Shown here piece after piece: positions 10,120 to 17,475 of a DNA stretch of 20,000 bases (the stretch's first letter is position 1; every line of letters begins with the position of its first letter). Below the pieces are notes generated by a model. It worked only from the letters and a program-made list of their open reading frames with translations, made no database searches and was not told where the DNA came from. Source of the stretch: an uncultured virus (IMG/VR IMGVR_UViG_3300032268_000397). Its lineage: Duplodnaviria > Heunggongvirae > Uroviricota > Caudoviricetes. The stretch lies in IMG/VR virus record IMGVR_UViG_3300032268_000397; one strand, given 5' to 3'. A program made the position numbers and the translations under genes.

Positions 10120-10623
10120 TTATTTCTTTCTTCCAATAGTGTACATTTCATTAATTCGCTTAAAAATGCTACTAACAGCAAGGAATGCTGACTTTTTATT
10201 TCCGCAGAATAAGACATTTATGTTATTGTATATTTGAAATTCAACTAGGCACTTGAGCATGTATTTACCAGTAATTTTTAATGACGATTGATTTTTAATA
10301 GGTATTCTGGTGTCTTCGGGAAACTTTATTAATTCTTCCAAAGAAAACTCTAAAACTATAAATCTATGTGGGAATGACTGCATACGATCAATCTCTTGTA
10401 GGAACTGATGTTTTTTTTGTCCCAAATTTATAGCTAGTTCTTCTACGCATCCTTTGCGCTCTATACAGACTTTATCTTCTAAGCCTTGTATTGTATAGTC
10501 ACCAGTATCTAGTTTTTGATCAATCATGCCAGCGCATGTGTTGAATTTACTAAAGTAATAACCCTCCTGTTCTCTAGTGTCCTTAATTACAGTAAAAGGT
10601 GGTGCGACTTTATAGTTTGCCAT
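10120..10623 (-). CDS. ERCC4-domain (XPF/Mus81-type) nuclease
   Basis: IKDTREQ, LDTGDY and IERKG..E signature of ERCC4 nucleases. Confidence 0.85.
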   Translation of the reverse strand: MANYKVAPPFTVIKDTREQEGYYFSKFNTCAGMIDQKLDTGDYTIQGLEDKVCIERKGCVEELAINLGQKKHQFLQEIDRMQSFPHRFIVLEFSLEELIKFPEDTRIPIKNQSSLKITGKYMLKCLVEFQIYNNINVLFCGNKKSAFLAVSSIFKRINEMYTIGRKK

Positions 10624-10876
10624 CTACTATCTCTCTAAATAATTTTTCGTATTGTTTTTCTTTGTTTTTGATGCTATCATGGCAAGATTTACATAAAGTA
10701 ATACCATTATCAGTATCATATCTTAGAGATGCTGCACTAGACCACATTTTTATATGATGAACTTGCAACCTACTTTTAGATTTACATCCCGGCATTTGGC
10801 ATTGTCTTTTATCTCGTTTTTTTACATCCTGAGTAAAACGCTTATAGACATCTTCTGAAATTTTTCTATTATTCAT
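10610..10876 (-). CDS. HNH endonuclease
   Basis: RDKRQCQMPGC...LQVHHI...NGITLCKSCH zinc-finger HNH motif. Confidence 0.9.
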   Translation of the reverse strand: MNNRKISEDVYKRFTQDVKKRDKRQCQMPGCKSKSRLQVHHIKMWSSAASLRYDTDNGITLCKSCHDSIKNKEKQYEKLFREIVDGKL

Positions 10877-11127
10877 AGTTTTTCTACTTTAGTGATTCTA
10901 ATAAATTTTTTGATTTTTCTGCAAAGTATTCTACTTTTTATGGACTTATCTTTTTTTAAGACATACTTTATTAATCGATCCACTACGACAAAACACGCAT
11001 CGTCATAATTATCTGCTTCTATGAAAACTAGAGAAAATGGTATAGTGTATCCTATTAAGTGTACAGAGTACGATACTAGCTCTTGATATACATCAGAAAG
11101 ATCTATTGTTAGTCTATAGTTTTGCAT
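10873..11127 (-). CDS. Hypothetical protein
   Basis: 84 aa ORF overlapping both neighbours, consistent with translational coupling. Confidence 0.7.
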   Translation of the reverse strand: MQNYRLTIDLSDVYQELVSYSVHLIGYTIPFSLVFIEADNYDDACFVVVDRLIKYVLKKDKSIKSRILCRKIKKFIRITKVEKL

Positions 11128-12166
11128 CTATCATCAGTTTCACCAATCCGTATAGATCATGCTTTGGACTCCAACCTAGAACACTTTTTGCTTTTGAACA
11201 ATCACCGCGTAAGTATGGGACTTCTGAGGGTCTAACTAACTGCGGATCAATATATATAGCATCTTTCCAATCTATAATACTATCTAAATTAGTATATTTA
11301 AAACAAAGATCTAGAAATTCCCAAACGGTATGCGAGTTACCAGTGCAGATTACATAATCGTCTGGAATTTCTTGCTGTAGCATAAGCCACATAGCTTCAA
11401 CATAATCTCCAGCATATCCCCAATCTCTATAAGTATCTATATTTCCAAGCTTTAATTTTGGAAATACGCTGTCACCGACAATAATATTATGGTTATTAAC
11501 AAACACATTATTTGATGAATGATTAATAGAATTTAGCCATTTCTTAAAACTCACAGTCCATTTGACTATTTTTTGGGTTACGAAATTATCGCCTCTTCGC
11601 GGGCCTTCGTGATTGAATAATATTCCACAGCTACCATGCACATTGTAAGCGTCACGATACAATCTAACTAAATAATGTGCCGCGCATTTTGATATAGCGT
11701 ATGGTGAGTTGGGCATAAATTTAGTATTTTCGTCTTGATATTTACTTCCATCTTTATCTAGATCAAATGAACTACCAAACATTTCACTAGATGAGGCTTG
11801 GTAAAATTTGCAATTATTACCTGTATCCACAATAGCTTGGAGTACATTTAAGCAGCCTTTGCCGGTTATGTCCCATGTTAATGCTGGTTGACTAAACGAG
11901 GTTGCAACATGCGATTGTGCGGCTAGATTATAGACCTCATCTACATCTTCGTTATTCTTAAAAATGTTAATTACACTACTTACATCTGTTATATCCCCTT
12001 CGATCAAATTGAAGCTATCACAATCAGACAGATGTTTTAATCTTTGGGTATTATCCACGCTACAGCGACGAGTTACACCAATGACACTATAATCTTTCTC
12101 TAATAATAGGTCTGCTAGGTGACTGCCGTCCTGTCCAGTGATTCCAAATATAATAGCCTTTTTCAT
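11114..12166 (-). CDS. gmd: GDP-mannose 4,6-dehydratase
   Basis: GITGQDGS Rossmann motif, YNLAAQSHV, FYQASSSEMFG, SPYAISK (YxxxK), GILFNHE, LGN...RDWGYAGDYV, RPSEVP. Confidence 0.95.
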   Translation of the reverse strand: MKKAIIFGITGQDGSHLADLLLEKDYSVIGVTRRCSVDNTQRLKHLSDCDSFNLIEGDITDVSSVINIFKNNEDVDEVYNLAAQSHVATSFSQPALTWDITGKGCLNVLQAIVDTGNNCKFYQASSSEMFGSSFDLDKDGSKYQDENTKFMPNSPYAISKCAAHYLVRLYRDAYNVHGSCGILFNHEGPRRGDNFVTQKIVKWTVSFKKWLNSINHSSNNVFVNNHNIIVGDSVFPKLKLGNIDTYRDWGYAGDYVEAMWLMLQQEIPDDYVICTGNSHTVWEFLDLCFKYTNLDSIIDWKDAIYIDPQLVRPSEVPYLRGDCSKAKSVLGWSPKHDLYGLVKLMIDAKL

Positions 12167-12168
12167 AA

Positions 12169-12954
12169 TTAGTCCTTAATTGTATCCGGTGTAAGAAATG
12201 GTTGATCTACTGTATTATCTGCGTAGGTATGATAAGAAGAAAGGCGTTCCTTCTCCTTTTCTGTAGCAAGGCGCATTTTCTCCATCTCAATTCCATATTG
12301 TTTCATTTTGTCTGGATTATCGATTAGCATAGCTACCCAACTAGTAAAGCTTTGCTTAGAGTCCTCCAATCGCTTTATTCTCTGTTCGCGTGTACCCTTC
12401 ATTTCACGAAGTATAGCGGCCTTCTTTGTTTGTAGTTCACGATAGTCTTTATTTAGAGCTTCCTGAGAAGCTCGTAGAGAAGCAGACTGTCTTTCTAGGT
12501 TGAATATATAATCCATGTCTTGTTGATCTTTTTCGCGCTCACGTTCAGTCGCAATCATTTTATCGTAAACGTTTATCTGTACTATATTATCCTTATTACT
12601 TCTAAGGCACCTATTCATTAATATCTCTAATTTTATAACGTCTATTACTTGCAACTCTTCTGTTGGGAAAACGTCATCATTAAACTGTGATATGATTCTA
12701 CCCCAGTGATATTTAAACAACTCTAATTCTTCCTCAGTAAACTGTGAAGCTAATTCACCCCAATAGGGGCGATCTTCTAGTGAGTAAGTGGCCTCTTCTT
12801 CTGGTGATAAATTATGTCTAAATTTTCGCTTAATAAACTGATCTATAGATTCTACATCACGATCTAGCTCTTTAGCTATATCTTCTGGAACCATAGTATT
12901 AATTAGGCGCGAAATAATACGCTCTTCTTCTTTAGAAATACGCCCCTTACGCAT
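12169..12954 (-). CDS. N-terminal HTH plus coiled-coil protein; possible terminase small subunit
   Basis: KGRISKEEERII...PEDIAKELDRDVESI is HTH-like, followed by long helices; upstream of TerL in the same operon. TerS role is inference only. Confidence 0.45.
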   Translation of the reverse strand: MRKGRISKEEERIISRLINTMVPEDIAKELDRDVESIDQFIKRKFRHNLSPEEEATYSLEDRPYWGELASQFTEEELELFKYHWGRIISQFNDDVFPTEELQVIDVIKLEILMNRCLRSNKDNIVQINVYDKMIATEREREKDQQDMDYIFNLERQSASLRASQEALNKDYRELQTKKAAILREMKGTREQRIKRLEDSKQSFTSWVAMLIDNPDKMKQYGIEMEKMRLATEKEKERLSSYHTYADNTVDQPFLTPDTIKD

Positions 12955-13435
12955 TATTTATATTCTCCATTATTTCCTTTATTAGAGCGACTATTTTTTC
13001 CCTTTTAGCTTTTGTCATGGCAACGTTGTTAATAAACTTAAGGTAATCTGAACGATAGCGCGCTGGCAAGCGATCAGAGATTAATTCGTCCATATCTTTA
13101 AAATCAACGCTGTGAGTAGTTTCGTTATTTTCTACATTTTCTTCATAAGATAATTGCATAGGGGAACAGACTCTTCTTTTTTCATAATTATTACTAAATG
13201 AGTAGTTGTCGCGTACAAAGTTTTTTAATCTATTTGACAGATGGACGGATAGGAAGTTTTCAAGGGGGCGCGTTTCATCATAGCGATCTAGCGCATCTAA
13301 GCAAATGATAAAAGACTCTTGCTTAATATCGTTTATGTCATAACCGTAAAATGTATACTTGGGGGATATTCTATCTATTACTTTATTGATTTGTGCAACC
13401 AGTTCTTCTTCTGTCATGTTTGAAGGTATTTTCAT
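12947..13435 (-). CDS. Phage sigma70-family sigma factor-like protein (region 2)
   Basis: YGYDINDIKQESFIICLDALDRYDETRPLENFLSVHLSNRLKNFVRD matches sigma region 2; start 13435 overlaps the upstream stop (ATGA); region 4 poorly recognisable. Confidence 0.75.
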   Translation of the reverse strand: MKIPSNMTEEELVAQINKVIDRISPKYTFYGYDINDIKQESFIICLDALDRYDETRPLENFLSVHLSNRLKNFVRDNYSFSNNYEKRRVCSPMQLSYEENVENNETTHSVDFKDMDELISDRLPARYRSDYLKFINNVAMTKAKREKIVALIKEIMENINNA

Positions 13436-14055
13436 ATTTTGCGCCATCCTTTACCGCTGTAATATTTTAAACAGTCATCGGCGTTATCATATATAATAAG
13501 CCCCTTAGTCTTTGGCGCATCTTTACAGGAATCATAAGAAGTGGCCCTGCATAAGTCATTAATATTTAGTGATTTTACACTTGAACCAATTCTTCCTAAG
13601 ACACAATTATCATCTAAAGTAACGGCGTCAACTAGGCCAGACTCATTAGAATAAACAACACTATATGGAAATGCGAAAAATTCATCAAGTGAGAGGGGCG
13701 GATCTACGGATAGGGAGATAACTTCCTTGTCTACGCATACCATATTAGTGGGTTGAGTATATACGTTAGCCTGCTTGAGTTCACCGTTGTAGAATAGTGT
13801 GATGGGGCGTAAACGTACTAGGTATGTCTTGTCTAGTATTTTCTTAAACTTACCTATACCGCGCTCACCTATAGAAATGGCATTGGGGGGCGTTAGCTTA
13901 ACTAATGAATATATATAGTGGGACTCATAATCGATTAGTTCAAGAGTCTTTGCTACATTGGGGTCTAGTTGCTCATTTGTTAATTCAAGTAGGTTGCTAG
14001 AGTTAATTACGTATTTAGCTAGGCAATTGTTTAGTGGAAGTTGTTGATGATTCAT
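13432..14055 (-). CDS. Hypothetical protein with C-terminal GLIIYD...KYYSG..W motif
   Basis: About 207 aa ORF; purine-rich RBS before ATG 14055; the C-terminal motif resembles short beta modules of virion fibre proteins. Confidence 0.6.
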   Translation of the reverse strand: MNHQQLPLNNCLAKYVINSSNLLELTNEQLDPNVAKTLELIDYESHYIYSLVKLTPPNAISIGERGIGKFKKILDKTYLVRLRPITLFYNGELKQANVYTQPTNMVCVDKEVISLSVDPPLSLDEFFAFPYSVVYSNESGLVDAVTLDDNCVLGRIGSSVKSLNINDLCRATSYDSCKDAPKTKGLIIYDNADDCLKYYSGKGWRKI

Positions 14056-14188
14056 CCTTTTTCCCTTCATCCAGTAATAAAGATTCTAGTGGGCGATCCT
14101 CTTTCTCTAAGTCTTCAATAATAGAAGTGTTTAGACTTGCATTGGCGCGACAGTGTAATTGCGATTCAACTAATTTTGGTTCATTCAT
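14015..14188 (-). CDS. Small hypothetical protein, first gene of the leftward operon
   Basis: AAGGAG RBS upstream of ATG 14188 (MNEPKLVESQ...), 57 aa. Confidence 0.6.
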   Translation of the reverse strand: MNEPKLVESQLHCRANASLNTSIIEDLEKEDRPLESLLLDEGKKDESSTTSTKQLPS

Positions 14189-14206
14189 ATTATTTCTCCT
14201 TACCGT

Positions 14207-14215
14207 ATTATACAC
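14207..14215 (-). promoter_or_regulatory. Leftward promoter motif GTGTATAAT
   Basis: Variant of the recurring GTGTAT(T/A)A motif just upstream of the RBS of the first minus-strand gene. Confidence 0.55.
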
Positions 14216-14355
14216 TGTTTGGTGCCTTTTGTTGCGCTTGGGGGCGATGAGGGAGGATTGGGTAGTACATTACGTTAATAATTTTGAATCGTGAATGAAC
14301 TACCCCGGCCCAAAGGCATAGTCAGCCCACTTTATCTATTGAAGATAAAACCCCC

Positions 14356-14376
14356 CAGTGTCAGTGTCAGTGTCAG
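14356..14376. repeat. Tandem hexamer (CAGTGT) x3.5
   Basis: cagtgtcagtgtcagtgtcag read directly, at the strand switch. Confidence 0.9.
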
Positions 14377-14381
14377 CTACA

Positions 14382-14459
14382 TAAGTGTTTGGTATATAAG
14401 GACTTACATCGCATATTGTACGCTTGATCGGTCGTAAGTCTTTATATATCAATAACTTA
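14382..14459. repeat. Double-palindrome element, copy 1
   Basis: TAAG-N17-CTTA at 14382-14406 and 14435-14459 (53-bp offset). Confidence 0.9.
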
Positions 14460-14472
14460 CGTAAAGAGTGTT

Positions 14473-14506
14473 TGGCATAGGTCTTGCTATAGCAAACGGT
14501 ATGCCA
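14473..14506. promoter_or_regulatory. Face-to-face pair of sigma54 (-24/-12)-like sites
   Basis: Plus strand TGGCATAGGTCTTGCT (14473-14488); minus strand TGGCATACCGTTTGCT (14506-14491). Both are GG-N10-GC. Confidence 0.65.
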
Positions 14507-14571
14507 AGTATAGGGAAAAGGGAAAGAAAGTTTTGTCAAAATCTCTTGACAATATTATTTGGATTTTTCTC

Positions 14572-14607
14572 TTGCAAGCTAAAGAATGTTTGGTATAATG
14601 TCGATAT
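14572..14607 (+). promoter_or_regulatory. sigma70 promoter with nested sigma28-like motif
   Basis: TTGCAA-N16-TATAAT with TG extension; TAAAG-N15-GTCGATAT. Confidence 0.7.
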
Positions 14608-14635
14608 AAGAAGTAAGAAAGAAAGAGAAGAGAAA

Positions 14636-14854
14636 ATGGAAAAAGCAACCTCAGTCAACAGTTTCATCAACAGTCTCCCCAAGATTACCCAGAAGAAAGT
14701 CTGGAAGGTAATCGATCAGAATGGTACGGTTGTACAGTATGTCGGGGCTACCGATAATCGGAAAAGCTCTGCACAAGCGTATATCGATCATAAGTACGCT
14801 GGTCAAAAGCTTACGCTGACCTTCTCGCACTTCAAGGGATTGATGACCCTCTAA
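14636..14854 (+). CDS. Hypothetical early protein (72 aa, basic)
   Basis: MEKATSVNSF... start chosen downstream of the promoter and a purine-rich leader instead of the ORF-track start 14468. Confidence 0.7.
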   Translation: MEKATSVNSFINSLPKITQKKVWKVIDQNGTVVQYVGATDNRKSSAQAYIDHKYAGQKLTLTFSHFKGLMTL

Positions 14855-14863
14855 TAGAGGGGG

Positions 14864-14891
14864 TTGACACGAAGAAAAAACTTGCTAGAAT
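14864..14891 (+). promoter_or_regulatory. sigma70 promoter
   Basis: TTGACA-N16-TAGAAT with TG extension, preceded by a CCCTCT-AAT-AGAGGG hairpin. Confidence 0.75.
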
Positions 14892-14916
14892 AAACACACA
14901 AGAAAGAGAGACTCTA

Positions 14917-15033
14917 ATGATTACGGTTATCGAATACGCCCAACTGTTTGCCCTTATTACGTTTGCTGGTTTCATGTCCTACACTGCTCACGAAGTGGGT
15001 AACGCTGTTCAAGATATGTTCGATGAAATGTGA
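14917..15033 (+). CDS. Small hydrophobic peptide (38 aa)
   Basis: MITVIEYAQLFALITFAGFMSYTAHEVGNAVQDMFDEM; has its own promoter and exactly fills the gap to the next promoter. Confidence 0.6.
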   Translation: MITVIEYAQLFALITFAGFMSYTAHEVGNAVQDMFDEM

Positions 15034-15062
15034 TTGACACAGCAAAAGAAGTTTGATAGAAT
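15034..15062 (+). promoter_or_regulatory. sigma70 promoter
   Basis: TTGACA-N17-TAGAAT with TG extension. Confidence 0.8.
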
Positions 15063-15102
15063 ACACACACAAGAGAACGATAACCCAATAGGATAGAAAA
15101 CA

Positions 15103-15423
15103 ATGGCTACCAAATTCCCCATCATCGAAAATGCCAAGCGTCAAGCCCGTATGTGCTTCCTTGGAATGGCAATCCCAACAGAGGTAAAGAACATTGACGG
15201 TGAGATGATTCAAGTTGAAAAGGTACTAAAGTTCAATCGTAAAGCCTTGAAGAATCTTGGTAAGGTAACAAAAGAAAAGATTGACAAGCGATACTCTGGT
15301 GGTGACGATACTATGATCGTTCCAGTAGGTAAGCCGGGATCGCGTGAACGTGTTGAAGAATTAGCCAAGCAGTACAGCGTTGTACAGCGTATGGAAATTA
15401 GCCCCTTTTCATTTAAGGAGTAA
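15103..15423 (+). CDS. Hypothetical early protein (106 aa)
   Basis: ORF with AGGA RBS downstream of a promoter. Confidence 0.75.
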   Translation: MATKFPIIENAKRQARMCFLGMAIPTEVKNIDGEMIQVEKVLKFNRKALKNLGKVTKEKIDKRYSGGDDTMIVPVGKPGSRERVEELAKQYSVVQRMEISPFSFKE

Positions 15424-15428
15424 TAACA

Positions 15429-15500
15429 ATGATAGGCGCAATACTATTTGTGGTTTGCTGGTGTGGAATGTTGTATACCTGTACAATTGTCAGAGATTGA
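15429..15500 (+). CDS. Hydrophobic micro-peptide (23 aa)
   Basis: MIGAILFVVCWCGMLYTCTIVRD with AAGGAG RBS. Confidence 0.5.
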   Translation: MIGAILFVVCWCGMLYTCTIVRD

Positions 15501-15517
15501 AAAAAGAGAGAATTGAA

Positions 15518-15712
15518 ATGGACAAAAGATTTGTTATCGGTTATGATGGGTTTCTCAGGCGTGAAGCAATGCAGACTTTTGAGCAAGCAAAAGCGTCTTG
15601 GCTGAAGGATATCCAGAATCGTTTTCTTTATGAGTACGATTGTTCAGTATATGAACTGAATGAAGATGGAAGTATCAATCGTCGCGTGTCATATGAAGAA
15701 CTCAAATCTTAA
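15518..15712 (+). CDS. Hypothetical protein (64 aa)
   Basis: MDKRFVIGYDG... internal ATG of the ORF-track 15380 frame, with a GAGAG leader. Confidence 0.65.
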   Translation: MDKRFVIGYDGFLRREAMQTFEQAKASWLKDIQNRFLYEYDCSVYELNEDGSINRRVSYEELKS

Positions 15713-15730
15713 TACAACCTTTGCTTGACG

Positions 15731-15808
15731 TAAAGCCTTGTGCCTAAAAGACTTAGGGCAAGGCGGGCGAGGCGAATTCGCCGTAAGTGTTTATGCCACA
15801 ATGGTTTA
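15731..15808. repeat. Double-palindrome element, copy 2
   Basis: TAAA-N17-CTTA 15731-15755 and TAAG-N17-TTTA 15784-15808; GC-rich 28-bp spacer. Confidence 0.9.
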
Positions 15809-15839
15809 TGACAATCTTATTTTTCCTTGATTTTTCCTC

Positions 15840-15867
15840 TTGACGATGCCGATACATACTGTATAAT
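15840..15867 (+). promoter_or_regulatory. sigma70 promoter with internal GCCGATAC
   Basis: TTGACG-N16-TATAAT. Confidence 0.75.
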
Positions 15868-15890
15868 GAGCGTATCCAAAGGAGAGAATC

Positions 15891-16595
15891 ATGAAAGTTG
15901 CAAACGGTAATGACAAGTTGGGCAAGGGTTGTTTGGTAGTGTCGCGTCCAGTGGGTGATACATGCCCGCCCGATTGTGATTTCTTGGGTAACGGCTGTTA
16001 TGCAGAGCAGACCGAAAAAATGTATCCTAATGTTCGCCCCGCTGGTATGCAGAATATCATAACGGAAAAGAATCGCATTCGTGCTATGATTCTTGATGCC
16101 ATTCGTCAAAGTAAGTCTATCCGCTGGCATGAGCGTGGTGATTGGTTTCTCAATGGCGAACTTGACCTAGACTATGTTGCTAATGTAACGTGGGCTTGTG
16201 AGAGTATTATTGCCGATGGTACAACGCTGCCTGACATGTGGTTTTATACTCATATCTATGACGATAGGCTTGTAAGTCTTAGTAAGTATATGAAAGTATA
16301 TGCCAGTATTCACAATGACGAAGACATGGGAGAAGCTCTCGCAAAGGGATTCAAACTTTTTGCATGGTGTGATAGTGATCAGAAGATTGCTAAAAAGCGT
16401 CCCAAGCGTAAGAATCTGGCAGAGGCTTGGAGACAGTCTCTGCCCAAGCTTGTAGTGTTGAATGGTACTAAATTTGTAACATGCCCAGAGATTCGTCGCG
16501 GTCGCGGTGTTGTAACATGCACCCCCACTAAGGGTAGTGTAACATGTGATTTGTGTGTAAAGGGTTTGGCTAACGTATTGTTTCCAGCACATTAG
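15891..16595 (+). CDS. Gp88-like Cys-rich protein (radical-SAM-like fold, probable)
   Basis: GNDKLG, TCPPDC......CYA, IRWHERGDW, WFYTH and C-terminal CPE/C/CDLC; AAGGAG RBS. Confidence 0.6.
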   Translation: MKVANGNDKLGKGCLVVSRPVGDTCPPDCDFLGNGCYAEQTEKMYPNVRPAGMQNIITEKNRIRAMILDAIRQSKSIRWHERGDWFLNGELDLDYVANVTWACESIIADGTTLPDMWFYTHIYDDRLVSLSKYMKVYASIHNDEDMGEALAKGFKLFAWCDSDQKIAKKRPKRKNLAEAWRQSLPKLVVLNGTKFVTCPEIRRGRGVVTCTPTKGSVTCDLCVKGLANVLFPAH

Positions 16596-16606
16596 GAGTA
16601 TACATC

Positions 16607-16840
16607 ATGATTAGTTATAGTCACCAGTATTTAGATATTAGGGCAGTTTGTGAACATAATGAACTCGACGTTGAATTAGTAATGCAGCATCTTTGCGATA
16701 GCGACCTTTCATTTGGAAGTAACTATGATACTTTAATATCTCAGCATCATCTACAGAGTATTATTAACGAGGGATTTGATAACGTGCAGTTAGACTTTGG
16801 TGGACATGATGATACTGTCGTTATTAGCCTAGGAAGTTGA
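16607..16840 (+). CDS. Small acidic hypothetical protein (77 aa)
   Basis: AGGAG RBS; stop codon abuts repeat copy 3. Confidence 0.7.
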   Translation: MISYSHQYLDIRAVCEHNELDVELVMQHLCDSDLSFGSNYDTLISQHHLQSIINEGFDNVQLDFGGHDDTVVISLGS

Positions 16841-16842
16841 CG

Positions 16843-16920
16843 TAAGTCCTTGACCCTAAAAGACTTAGGGCAAGGGCGGCGGGCCGCATTTGTCGCAAGT
16901 CTTTATTTGATAAGGGTTTA
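16843..16920. repeat. Double-palindrome element, copy 3
   Basis: TAAG-N17-CTTA 16843-16867 and CAAG-N17-TTTA 16896-16920. Confidence 0.9.
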
Positions 16921-16950
16921 GAGAAAATCGAAAAAAATCTTTTTTGGCAC

Positions 16951-16987
16951 TTGACAACTAAACTTTTGCTCTGTATAATGCCGATAT
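16951..16987 (+). promoter_or_regulatory. Consensus sigma70 promoter with nested sigma28-like motif
   Basis: TTGACA-N17-TATAAT with an A/T-tract UP element; TAAAC-N16-GCCGATAT. Confidence 0.85.
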
Positions 16988-17007
16988 AGAAAGTAAGGAG
17001 AAATCAA

Positions 17008-17166
17008 ATGGAAACGCTTTACATTAGTGATTGCTGTGGCGAGTACCTTGCGAGTGAGCATGTGGAGTATGAGGTTTGCCCGCGATGCAAAGAACATTGT
17101 GAAGTAATTACAGAAGAGTATACTCTGGCACTTGACGAAAACAATACACTGTGGTATATTGGCTGA
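17008..17166 (+). CDS. Small zinc-ribbon-like protein (52 aa)
   Basis: METLYISDCCGEY...VCPRCKEHCE...; AAGGAG RBS; below the ORF-track size cut-off. Confidence 0.75.
   Translation: METLYISDCCGEYLASEHVEYEVCPRCKEHCEVITEEYTLALDENNTLWYIG
17132..17160 (+). promoter_or_regulatory. sigma70 promoter inside the zinc-ribbon gene
   Basis: TTGACG-N17-TATATT with TG extension. Confidence 0.6.
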
Positions 17167-17177
17167 AAGGAAATAAA

Positions 17178-17246
17178 ATGAATGTCTTGCTGTTTGGCTT
17201 TTTTCTTGCGTTTCTTTTTTATCTCGCTATCACACTAAGGGACTAA
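17178..17246 (+). CDS. Hydrophobic micro-peptide (22 aa)
   Basis: MNVLLFGFFLAFLFYLAITLRD with AAGGA RBS. Confidence 0.5.
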   Translation: MNVLLFGFFLAFLFYLAITLRD

Positions 17247-17250
17247 TACC

Positions 17251-17475
17251 ATGAGCCACCCCGACCCATTGTTTGATCCAGAGAATTCTTACGAGGACGA
17301 TGATATGAACTATGACGATTACAATGACTTTTATGAGGATACGGATGAAGAAACGACCGATGAATCTTGGGATGATTCATATGATGATAGTATGGATGGG
17401 GATGCTGAATCTGCGTTCGGTTCATGTGGATGGGGAACTGATGAAACCTACGGCTATTATGGAGACGATGAATAA
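17251..17475 (+). CDS. Extremely acidic small protein (74 aa)
   Basis: About 29 D/E and no K/R; AAGGGA RBS; C-terminal DGDAESAFGSCGWGTDE motif. Confidence 0.75.
   Translation: MSHPDPLFDPENSYEDDDMNYDDYNDFYEDTDEETTDESWDDSYDDSMDGDAESAFGSCGWGTDETYGYYGDDE

Noticed and set aside
46..14294. Plus-strand ORFs (46, 4074, 4380, 5525, 6338, 8012, 8786, 9844, 11106, 14034)
   Set aside because: Antisense shadows of well-supported minus-strand genes, mostly Ser/Leu/Phe-rich and without recognisable motifs.
14382..14459. Sites as Xer dif or pdif sites
   Set aside because: Similar size and symmetry, but no XerD-arm TTATGTTAAA-like sequence, and the core length is odd rather than 6 bp.
14507..14552. Leftward sigma70 promoter from the TTGTCAA/TTGACAA inverted repeat
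   Set aside because: The nearest -10-like hexamer (TATACT) is 21 bp away, and the rightward TTGACA at 14546 also lacks a -10.
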